This document shows positions 30,600 through 39,411 of a DNA stretch of 64,000 nt, one piece after another. Position 1 is the first letter of the stretch. The number at the start of each line of letters is the position of its first letter. The notes under the pieces were generated by a model. That model was not told where the DNA came from. It worked only from the letters and a program-made list of their open reading frames with translations, and made no database searches. Position numbers and translations under genes: made by a program. This DNA comes from Leptolyngbyaceae cyanobacterium. GTDB lineage: Bacteria; Cyanobacteriota; Cyanobacteriia; Phormidesmidales; Phormidesmidaceae. Location of the stretch: positions 1,536,001-1,600,000 of the forward strand of contig CBDHHL010000056.1 of NCBI GenBank assembly GCA_965263355.1, written 5' to 3'.

Positions 30600-31254
30600 G
30601 ACGAAATATTAATCAGAGGGAACATTGCTCAAGAAGATAATTCTGAGAAAAGATACTACGTTGGCTCAGTATCTATCTCTAGAAATTCCATTGGACGGTT
30701 TAAGCGTCACGTGTTTTTCGCCAACAAAAACCGTGCTTTTCATAGCAAGAAAGCCATAGGCTAACAGCACTACAAAAAACAATCCTTTGGATTGCCGAGT
30801 ATCTCTTAAAGCTTTGATCTAGAGGTTTTCTCCCAGACCATCGAGGCTAATAATAACAGCTAAAACTTGTGATTCATTCGTGCTTCTACGGACTCTTTAC
30901 CAATGCTTTATTATTCCTTTGCACAATTTCCCCTAACAAACAAAGGAGAGAGATAGAACAAAAAGTTCCCGTTTTACCAGGGTTCACTATAAATTCTTCA
31001 CAGACTTTTATTGCTCTTTATTTAGAAAATACCGTTTGTGGAGTGTGGGCGCGATCGCTAAAAGCCCAGTGTCAACCAGGATTTTCCGATATTGGCTCAT
31101 GGTTGACGCTGATGATGTGTTTGAATCCGTTCTGCAAGGATGGATCACCGTGTATCACGATCCGATAAACCACTTTGCGCAATAGCGATTTAGCCACGGT
31201 CTTACAAATATTGCAACAAGTCCTCAACAGCCCAAAGCACCAGGCATTTACCCC

Positions 31255-31314
31255 GTAGGTTGGGTTGAGCCCACCCCCCACGCACCCCACCCACATTCTC
31301 AAACAAAACCCAAC
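31255..31314 (+). repeat. Degenerate GTAG-type REP-like element
   Basis: GTAG followed by GTTGGGTT (31259-31266), which pairs with AACCCAAC (31307-31314). Confidence 0.45.
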
Positions 31315-31845
31315 ATTCCAATACCCCCCGCCATTTGGGACACGTCGTTTATAAAATGCGTTCCATACCCCAACACGCCGAGCATCATGCAATTTCTGAA
31401 TAATGTTATTGAATAAATGCATGCAATATCCAACGTGCCAACCGTAAGAATTGCATGGGGAGCGTCTCGGTTGGGGTGCTCGGTGGGGGTGCTGGGTTGC
31501 AAAGATTTTGATGATGAGGCGAAGGGATTGGTGGGGATGAACCTAGCCTAGGGGGCTCTATGTGTTTTTAGGAAATGATCTGGTTGGGGTAATGGGGGCG
31601 ATGTCCTACATTTTGTTGTGGGGGGATATTGTGTGAGGTGTATGAGTGGTCTTGGTGGAGAAGTATTGAATGAAGCAGGTGGTGGTGTGTTAGGAGGTTT
31701 GAGTAAAGACTCTGAGTGTGGATAGATTCAACTGTCGGAGCGCTGTGTAGCAGACTATCGATGTCGCCTTTGTCACACAGCGAATACACTGTGTAGCAAA
31801 AAGTACCCAATAGGGTACTAGCGCAATAAATACCTGAGAAAGCAT

Positions 31846-31915
31846 CATATAACCATGGAATCGTCACTAAGAGTCGTTTTCATATAACCATGGAATCGTC
31901 ACTAAGAGTCGTTTT
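31846..31915. repeat. Perfect 35-bp tandem duplication
   Basis: CATATAACCATGGAATCGTCACTAAGAGTCGTTTT occurs twice with no spacer. Confidence 0.97.
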
Positions 31916-32017
31916 AAGGATGTAAAACTCTAGAGTTTGCTTTGTAAACTCTGAAAACACTCTTTTTTAACTTCTCAGACAGATCATATTTACCTTAACT
32001 GTAGCGAGATCAACGTA

Positions 32018-32332
32018 ATGGCCTTAATCAAATTAAAACAGTACGAACTTAACGGCGGTGGCTGGCCCAACGGTGCTAACATTAGCTTTCGTTTCGTAAA
32101 CCAACCTATCGGTCCAAATCTTGCATCTTCTCCCGTTAATCAGTGGGTTAACTGCCCAGGCAACTCACAGTTAAACTTTGTCCTGACTGGATTTCTGTGT
32201 ATATACGTCAACGGTGCACATAGAGGAACCGCCGCTGGTTTTGTCGGACCTGCACCTACACCAAGACAAAATCTTCAGGCAGCTTTTAACACTATTTATG
32301 GGATAGCTGATCTTAAATACGAGGTCCTCTAA
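32018..32332 (+). CDS. Hypothetical 104-aa protein
   Basis: ATG start, protein-like composition, co-oriented upstream of the haemagglutinin gene; no family recognised. Confidence 0.65.
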   Translation: MALIKLKQYELNGGGWPNGANISFRFVNQPIGPNLASSPVNQWVNCPGNSQLNFVLTGFLCIYVNGAHRGTAAGFVGPAPTPRQNLQAAFNTIYGIADLKYEVL

Positions 32333-32457
32333 TGGTCTTCACACCAAAAAAGGGGAATGTATAGTTTTACAACCTACTGGCTACTGCCAGTTACTCGATG
32401 GTGTGTCTGAGGAAAATCCTGATAGGGTAGGGAGTGTAGATGCCTTGATATGTACCT

Positions 32458-34797
32458 GTGCTCCCTAACCCATACGGATTGAAATACTGGCTTGCCGGTG
32501 GACTTATCTTGTCTCACCTGGTACTCTCAGAGCCTGCGTCTAGTCAGATCAGACTCGATGGCACAACGCTGACAACGCTGACATCAGATCCTTTATCTTG
32601 CACAAGTGCCACCTGCATCCAGGATGGTACAACAGAGCAAACGGGCACTAACCTATTCCACAGTTTTTTGGAATTCTCAGTTCCTGAGGGGGACACGGTC
32701 TTTTTTGACCATGCCCCCAATATTAACAATATATTTGCTCGAGTTACTGGGAATGTACCATCTAATATTAATGGACTAATTCAGACCAACAGCTTTAGTG
32801 ATGCAAATCTATTTCTGCTTAATCCCAATGGTATCTCGTTTGGGCCGAACGGCAGCTTAGATCTTGGTGGTTCATTTGTGGCCACCACAGCAGACGCCAT
32901 CCAGTTTGGTGCCCAGGGAAACTTTAGTGCCCTTGATACTACCACTAATCCGGCCCTATTAACCGTTGCACCCTCCGCATTTTTGTTTGATCAGACAACA
33001 GTTGCCCCCATTGCCAATCAATCCAGTGCGTTTAGCCCAGCATCTTTTTTTCCTGGCCTAGCAGTTCGAGACAATCAGAGTTTGTTATTGGTTGGTGGCA
33101 ATATCATGTTAGAACCATCGCCAGGCAATAGATTTGGAGGAAATCTCAATGCTCCTAGTGGTCGAATTGAGCTGGGCGGCCTCAGAGGACCAGGAATCAT
33201 TGAATTGAACATAACTAGCAATGGTCTCAGTTTAGTCTATGAAGACAATGCATCACTGGCGAATGTATCCCTCAATGCAGCCAACTTGAATATATCGTCC
33301 AATGTTTTTAATGGCAACGCAGCAGGTGAAATTGTTATTACAGCCAACACTTTTTCTGCGTCAAGCAGCACTCTTGAGAGCTTTACATCTGTTGGTTTAG
33401 AAAATGCGGGTAATATTTTAATCCAAGCTAATGACGCTATCAACCTCCAACAAGGTACTACGATTTTAAGTGTTACTAAAGCTTCTGGGGCAGGGGGGAC
33501 AATAGAAATTTCTACCAGCAGTTTAACTGTAGAAGAGTCTTCTGGCCTGTCTGTAACTACATTTGGCGTAGGTAGTGCTGGACAAGTTCTAATAGACGCT
33601 GAAACAATAGCGCTTCGCGATAACAGTAATATTACCAGTGAAGCCTTATTCGGTAATCCTGGAACAATTCAAATTACCACTGATTCACTTATACTGGATG
33701 AATTTTCTCAGATATCAACACTAACCAGTGGTAATGCACTAAACGTAGATACCTCAGGTAATATAGCTATTGAAGCACGAGACTCTATTGCGTTACTCAA
33801 TAATAGTAATATTCAAAGCCAAACTCTTGGTCAGAGAAATGCTAGCCCCATTACATTAACCACCCCACAACTCACTGTCCAAGGTCTCTCTAATATCTCA
33901 GCAAGTACTAGCGGTACTGGTTCAGGTGGTCCTATCAACATCATTGCATCTGATGCAGTCACTTTGAGTAATGAAGGTGCCATCACTGCAAGCTCCACTG
34001 GCCCAGGCACTGCAGGCAATATCTCCATCCGCATCGACGGTCAACTCCGAGTAGAAGACCAAGCTCAAATCACCGTTAGCGGCACTGGCAGTGGCAATAG
34101 CGGTACCCTAAACGTAATTAGTGATCTTGTTGTCCTTAATGACGGTCAACTGCTCGCTTCTGTAGCAGCAGGCGAAGACGGCAACATCAACCTAAACATT
34201 GACGATGCCCTTATCCTCCGCAACGACAGCCTCATCTCCGCCGAAGCCAACAACAACGCCAATGGCGGTAACGTCGACATCACCTCCCCCTTTATTATTG
34301 CCCTTTTCCCCGACGGTCCCAACGGCAACGACATCAAAGCCAGTGCCGACGCAGGTAACGGCGGTCTTATCTCCATCCAGGCCAACACCCTCTTTAATCT
34401 CGCCATCAACCAGGCTATCCCAGGCAACCAAACCAACGACCTCGACGCCACCTCAGGCACCGGCATCGACGGCGACGTCATCATCACCACCCTGGACCTT
34501 GAGCCAGACCAAGGCACCAATCCATTACCCAGCGGCCTAACCGTCCCCGAAATCAGCCAGGGCTGTCAAGCAGGCAACAACGGCCAATTTGTCGCGACTG
34601 GCCAGGGTGGTCTCTCCGCCAACCCCTACGCCCCCCTCAGCAACAACGGCATCCAAGCCGACATCTACCCCGCCAATCAAACCATCGCTCATCAGCCCAC
34701 CCCCCATCTAGTCGAAGCCCAACAGTGGATCCGAAACCCCCAAGGCAATGTTGTATTACTAGCCGCAAACACTGCGTCTCACATCAGTTGTCAGTAA
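32458..34797 (+). CDS. Filamentous haemagglutinin N-terminal (TPS) domain protein
   Basis: Signal peptide, NLFHSFLEFSV, NIFARVTG, LFLLNPNGI, G/N/S-rich beta-helix repeats, C-terminal VEAQQW. Confidence 0.92.
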   Translation: MLPNPYGLKYWLAGGLILSHLVLSEPASSQIRLDGTTLTTLTSDPLSCTSATCIQDGTTEQTGTNLFHSFLEFSVPEGDTVFFDHAPNINNIFARVTGNVPSNINGLIQTNSFSDANLFLLNPNGISFGPNGSLDLGGSFVATTADAIQFGAQGNFSALDTTTNPALLTVAPSAFLFDQTTVAPIANQSSAFSPASFFPGLAVRDNQSLLLVGGNIMLEPSPGNRFGGNLNAPSGRIELGGLRGPGIIELNITSNGLSLVYEDNASLANVSLNAANLNISSNVFNGNAAGEIVITANTFSASSSTLESFTSVGLENAGNILIQANDAINLQQGTTILSVTKASGAGGTIEISTSSLTVEESSGLSVTTFGVGSAGQVLIDAETIALRDNSNITSEALFGNPGTIQITTDSLILDEFSQISTLTSGNALNVDTSGNIAIEARDSIALLNNSNIQSQTLGQRNASPITLTTPQLTVQGLSNISASTSGTGSGGPINIIASDAVTLSNEGAITASSTGPGTAGNISIRIDGQLRVEDQAQITVSGTGSGNSGTLNVISDLVVLNDGQLLASVAAGEDGNINLNIDDALILRNDSLISAEANNNANGGNVDITSPFIIALFPDGPNGNDIKASADAGNGGLISIQANTLFNLAINQAIPGNQTNDLDATSGTGIDGDVIITTLDLEPDQGTNPLPSGLTVPEISQGCQAGNNGQFVATGQGGLSANPYAPLSNNGIQADIYPANQTIAHQPTPHLVEAQQWIRNPQGNVVLLAANTASHISCQ

Positions 34798-35052
34798 ATG
34801 GTGAGTAGGAAGCTAACCTCAAAAACCTTTTCCTCAAGGGCTACTGTGTACACACAGCTTGAGCTGACGTTCACAAGCCTGCAATCCTGCCTGTGTCTTC
34901 CCCGAGCAGATTCGTAACCTGTTGAACTTAACTGCAGCAATGCCTTTTTGGGAAAAATCTTCCAAAATATATATGTAGTAGCCAAAAAGTCGGGCCTAAA
35001 TCGGTATAGTTTGTTTAAGGAAATGTCTAGACAAATGACAGCTGAGTAAACT

Positions 35053-37719
35053 ATGCAGCCCCCATTTCTCAAAAAACGCCACCGTCGCTATCTAATCCTG
35101 GTACTCGGAGCATTACTCAGCTTTATCATTGTCTTGGGTCTGCCTGCTATAGTTCACTATCCGGTAAAGGCCCAGCCCGTTACCATTGCCCAATCTAATG
35201 AGCAAACCCCACTCCACCAAGGCATCCAGGCCTACGAAGCAGGACAGTATACCGAGGCCATCCACAGTTGGGAACAAGCCCTACAAAACAACCAACGGAC
35301 CCCAGACACCCTTACCCAGGCTCTACTCCTAAGCAACCTGTCCCTGGCCCATCAACAGCTGGGCCAATGGTCTCAAGCCACTGAAACCCTCGCCAGCAGC
35401 CTGAAACTGCTGGCTACGCCTACCGACACCCCTGGTTACTCAGAAACCCTGGCCAAAGCCCTCAATACCCAGGGCCGTTTACACTGGGAACAGGGTAATA
35501 CTGAGGCTGCCCTGAATGTCTGGCGTGAAGCCACTACAGCCTACCGTCAAGCAGGCCATGACTGGGGCATTTTACTCAGCCTAATCAATCAGGCCAAGGC
35601 CCTCCAGACTTTAGGCTTCCATGTCCAAGCTAAAACCCTGCTCGAAGACGACATCGTTCAACTGCTGCAAACTGCCCCCCTGGATGACAGGGCACAAGCG
35701 ACGGGCTTCTGGTATTTAGGCAATGCCCAACGCCAGTTTGGGAACCTGAAACTATCACGTACCAACCTGGAGAGAAGCCTGGACATTGCCCAAGATGCAA
35801 ATCTTACCGACCTGATGTCTGCAGTCGGGCTGGAGCTGGGCAATACCGAACGCGCCCTATATAAACGCGCCCAGGCCATTGGTAAACGCCAGGATGCATT
35901 AACCCATAAAGACGCTGCCCTGAATGCGTATCAGACGGTGGCCATGATGCCAGTCTCTGACAACCAGCTGCAAGCAAAGCTTAACTGGCTGAGTTTTGCC
36001 ATTGACCTTGAAGACTGGTCCATGGCCCAGACAGTCTGGCCAGATCTCACGGCTACGATTACTCAACTCTCCCCTAGCCGCAGTCATATTTATGCTCAAC
36101 TAAACTTTGCAAAAAGTCTCACTAAAGTTCTGCAGGCCCCGCCAAACTGGCAGAAAAGTCAACCATCAACTCTCTCGTGGCAGGCCATTGATACCATTTT
36201 AGTCACTGCCACTCAACAGGCCCGCACCTTGGATGACACCATTGCAGAATCCTATGGTATTGGTCAACGGGGCGAACTGTATGAAATTATGCATCAATGG
36301 TCAAAGGCTGAGGCGTTTACCCAACAAGCTCTCTGGCTTACTAATGAGACTCAAGATCTAGATGGTCGCTATCGGTGGGAATGGCAACAGGGACGGTTAC
36401 TCAAAGCCCAAGGCAAACAAGCGGAGGCGATTACGGCCTACGATGCAGCTGTCAAAACCTTAGAAAAGGTGCGTAAAAATCTGCTGTTTATTGATGCCGA
36501 GGTGCAGTTTTCATTTCGGGATAACGTTGAGCCGATTTATCGGCAGCTAGTGGAGCTGATTCTCAGTAATGAAAATCCAGATGATCCCAACCAAGGGAAT
36601 TTAGATAAGGCAATCCAGCAGATTGATAGTTTACAGCTGAGTGAGCTAGAAAATTTTCTCCAGTGCGATCTCTCAAAAACAACGGCTATTAGTCAGTTTC
36701 AGGCGGATGAGAAAACGGCTATTCTCTATCCGATGATTCTTGAGGAGCAGTTGACGGTGATTTTGCAGCTGCCAAATGTAGAGAAAACATTTTCTGTGGT
36801 GGATATTCCAAAGACAGAGGTGGAAGAGACTTTAAAGGAACTGCGCAAAAATTTAAGTAAATCACAGAGCCTTACCCCTGAGGTAATTGCAGATGCTAAA
36901 AAGGTCTATAACTGGTTGATTCGTCCCTTTGAGCAACCCCTGGCGCAACAATCTGAGATTGATACCGTGGTGTTTGTCTTGGATGGGGCGCTGAGAAATG
37001 TTCCCATGGCGGTGTTGCATGATGGTGAGCAATATTTGGTTGAAAACTATGCGATCGCAATTGCCCCCGAACTCGAACTCTTTACCCCCCAACCGTTTTC
37101 CCAAGACCTCACTGTCTTTACGGGTGGGGTGGGCAGCTCACAACAAATCGAAGAACGAAATTTTCCGTCCATCGCCAAGCTAGACGACGAACTCGACGTC
37201 ATCAGTGAACTTTTTGGGCCACTGCCTCCCCTCACCGATGAACACTTTCAGCCAGCTGCTCTGGAGCAGCAGCTGAGCACTGGCCAGTTCTCTGGCATTC
37301 ATATTAAAACCCACGGTGAGTTTAGCTCAGATCCCGAGGAAACGTTTATTGTCGCTTACGAAACGCTGATCCGGGGTCAAGAACTGGGGACCCTGATCCA
37401 ATCCGCCAGTTTACAAGGCGAAACTCCGATCGAACTACTGGTTTTGAGCGCCTGTTCAACCGCAACTGGCGATAGCCGAGCCATTCTAGGCTTAGCGGGC
37501 ATTGCCGTACGGGCAGGGGCCAGAAGTACGGTTTCCACCCTCTGGGACGCCCGAGATATACCTAATACAGAACTGATGATCCGCTTTTATGAGGAGCTAA
37601 AAAAAACTGACACTAGCCGTGCCCAGGCATTACAAAAAGCGCAGCTATTTTTAATCAACCGAGGTTATAAAGCCCCCCATATTTGGGCAACGTATGTGTT
37701 GGTTGGCAATTGGCGGTAG
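35053..37719 (+). CDS. Exported TPR-CHAT (caspase-like) protease
   Basis: N-terminal TM/signal segment, TPRs, LDGALRNVPMAVL, catalytic His in KTHGEF and Cys in LSACST, W..YVLVGNW end. Confidence 0.93.
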   Translation: MQPPFLKKRHRRYLILVLGALLSFIIVLGLPAIVHYPVKAQPVTIAQSNEQTPLHQGIQAYEAGQYTEAIHSWEQALQNNQRTPDTLTQALLLSNLSLAHQQLGQWSQATETLASSLKLLATPTDTPGYSETLAKALNTQGRLHWEQGNTEAALNVWREATTAYRQAGHDWGILLSLINQAKALQTLGFHVQAKTLLEDDIVQLLQTAPLDDRAQATGFWYLGNAQRQFGNLKLSRTNLERSLDIAQDANLTDLMSAVGLELGNTERALYKRAQAIGKRQDALTHKDAALNAYQTVAMMPVSDNQLQAKLNWLSFAIDLEDWSMAQTVWPDLTATITQLSPSRSHIYAQLNFAKSLTKVLQAPPNWQKSQPSTLSWQAIDTILVTATQQARTLDDTIAESYGIGQRGELYEIMHQWSKAEAFTQQALWLTNETQDLDGRYRWEWQQGRLLKAQGKQAEAITAYDAAVKTLEKVRKNLLFIDAEVQFSFRDNVEPIYRQLVELILSNENPDDPNQGNLDKAIQQIDSLQLSELENFLQCDLSKTTAISQFQADEKTAILYPMILEEQLTVILQLPNVEKTFSVVDIPKTEVEETLKELRKNLSKSQSLTPEVIADAKKVYNWLIRPFEQPLAQQSEIDTVVFVLDGALRNVPMAVLHDGEQYLVENYAIAIAPELELFTPQPFSQDLTVFTGGVGSSQQIEERNFPSIAKLDDELDVISELFGPLPPLTDEHFQPAALEQQLSTGQFSGIHIKTHGEFSSDPEETFIVAYETLIRGQELGTLIQSASLQGETPIELLVLSACSTATGDSRAILGLAGIAVRAGARSTVSTLWDARDIPNTELMIRFYEELKKTDTSRAQALQKAQLFLINRGYKAPHIWATYVLVGNWR

Positions 37720-37735
37720 TTTGCCCACCTTACCG

Positions 37736-38116
37736 TCAAGCAACTTGACTGGTTGTTTCTAGAGAATCATCAAAAAGTAACGGATCGATATCCTGACTTC
37801 TATCACGTTGACGAAAAACATCCAGTAGTTGAAAAAAGTGATCAAATGCGTTGACATCATCAACATATTTGAAGAGCAATATTTTGTCCCAGCTATTAGT
37901 GGTTTGGATATTGAAATATCTCTGAAGCCAAGGCTGAAATTCTTGATAAAAATCTAACTCTATTTCCGTGGGCAAAATTTTCATTTCCTGGCGGGCAAAT
38001 TTATAACCGACCAAAAAGTGACGTAATGCTGTTACCGAAGAACTCCCTATGTATAGACCTGGTTTCTGATGAATTTTTTCTAAGAGTTCAAATATGTTGT
38101 TGTTACCCATGTCCAT
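37736..38116 (-). CDS. Small helical protein, putative immunity protein
   Basis: LLEKIHQKPGLYIG..S...L..FL.GY...FQPWL...SW pattern; lies directly downstream of the papain-fold toxin gene. Confidence 0.6.
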   Translation of the reverse strand: MDMGNNNIFELLEKIHQKPGLYIGSSSVTALRHFLVGYKFARQEMKILPTEIELDFYQEFQPWLQRYFNIQTTNSWDKILLFKYVDDVNAFDHFFQLLDVFRQRDRSQDIDPLLFDDSLETTSQVA

Positions 38117-38130
38117 ACATCCTACCTCAA

Positions 38131-38574
38131 TTACCAACTATCCAATTCGCTCAAGAGAAATTGGCCACTATGACATTGAAAGTCTTGTATCCAACTATCC
38201 CGAGGTTGACCTTTTTCTGACAGGTTATCGAATACTTGGCCACATACTTCCACCCCAACATGTTGGCCATTGATAGTAATAGATTCGTTGATGCCAAGCT
38301 TTTCAAGGCGAGCACTGAGAATATAGTCTTCACCATATCGAGTTTTGAGCTTAAGTACCTTGCCTGAGATACCTTGCTGACGTAACCATATACGAATAGC
38401 TTTGGCACAGTCGATGCATTCTAGAATATTAAACTGACGTGTGATTTGCCCAACTTTTTGATAAATCTCCTCGTCTGTCCAATTCTTCAAAGGCTTACTA
38501 ATAGGCTCATCCCCAGATATGGTAGGCAATTCAATTATAGCGGTGGGATGGGTGAGCAGCTCTGCCCACCCCAT
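38131..38574 (-). CDS. Papain-fold toxin 2 (Tox-PL-2)-like protein; true start may be TTG at 38490
   Basis: Candidate triad: Cys in LECIDCA, His in NGQHVGVEV, Asp in VFDNL. Confidence 0.75.
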   Translation of the reverse strand: MGWAELLTHPTAIIELPTISGDEPISKPLKNWTDEEIYQKVGQITRQFNILECIDCAKAIRIWLRQQGISGKVLKLKTRYGEDYILSARLEKLGINESITINGQHVGVEVCGQVFDNLSEKGQPRDSWIQDFQCHSGQFLLSELDSW

Positions 38575-38596
38575 GGATGGATTGGTTCTTTAGCTC

Positions 38597-39409
38597 TTAC
38601 CCGTTTGTCAACATCACCGGGCCGACAACCGGTGCTTCAGTCAACTCACACAGTTCAACGGACTTTAGTAACTCAGTCCAGGTTTCTCTCAGATCATCAG
38701 AGGCCGTGACCGTTTGCAGCTGCTTAGCAACCCCATCAACCATGTCGTACCAGATCTCTGGCGATGGATAATCCTGGGGGGCTGATGCCACTCGCTCCAC
38801 CCAGCCATCAATCTCTAAATTAGATTCAGTCCCATCACTCGATACACAGGATAAGGTCAAATACCAATGATAATATTGGCCCACTTCTAGCTCTCTGGCT
38901 TCATCGGCTGGCAACGTGATACTGACAAAACCTGGTTGGTTAGGCAGGTCAAACGAGGTCTTATAAATGTGCTCATCTTCGGCCTGATTCAGGATGGAAA
39001 ATTCGCCCAGCTTTACTTCATCGGCTGTGTAGGGCATATAAAACCAAAATGTGGGATGTCCCGATAAAGTTTTACCTTGCACATTGACAGGGGTCACAGC
39101 GGTCAGATTCTGGGATTTGGCAGGGCATATAGCCAACTCTTCACTCAGCGCCCCCCCTGGCTGTCGATTGCCATCAGGGGGAGGGGTTGTGGGCTGCTCG
39201 GGAAGTGGCTCTTGCTTTAGGGTGCCCGCTGGTACTCGGGGGCCATTGTCAGGGATCGGTGTAGCGGGAGGAGCAGGGAGCGATTCCTTCTGACCACGAC
39301 CATTATTAGTCGGGTTGGGAATCGCTAACGCCAGGGGCATTAATGCCATTTGGCTGATCAATAGTGCCAACGTAAAACTGATGGGGGCTAAACGGTTTTG
39401 AGATCGCAT
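38597..39409 (-). CDS. DUF928-family exported protein
   Basis: Signal peptide, Pro-rich linker, HPTFWFYMPY, LEVGQYYHW, GWVERV, IWYD. Confidence 0.88.
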   Translation of the reverse strand: MRSQNRLAPISFTLALLISQMALMPLALAIPNPTNNGRGQKESLPAPPATPIPDNGPRVPAGTLKQEPLPEQPTTPPPDGNRQPGGALSEELAICPAKSQNLTAVTPVNVQGKTLSGHPTFWFYMPYTADEVKLGEFSILNQAEDEHIYKTSFDLPNQPGFVSITLPADEARELEVGQYYHWYLTLSCVSSDGTESNLEIDGWVERVASAPQDYPSPEIWYDMVDGVAKQLQTVTASDDLRETWTELLKSVELCELTEAPVVGPVMLTNG

Positions 39410-39411
39410 TG

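Noticed and set aside
30869..31867. ORFs 30869-31168, 31072-31422, 31299-31502 and 31568-31867
   Set aside because: No recognisable motifs, overlapping frames and low-complexity or REP-like content; treated as non-coding or unrecognisably decayed.
31846..31915. 35-bp repeat as a CRISPR array
   Set aside because: There are only two copies, they abut with no spacer, and no cas genes are nearby.
35053..37719. TPR-CHAT as the type III-E CRISPR protease Csx29
   Set aside because: It has an export signal and a haemagglutinin/DUF928 context, with no Cas7-11 or array.
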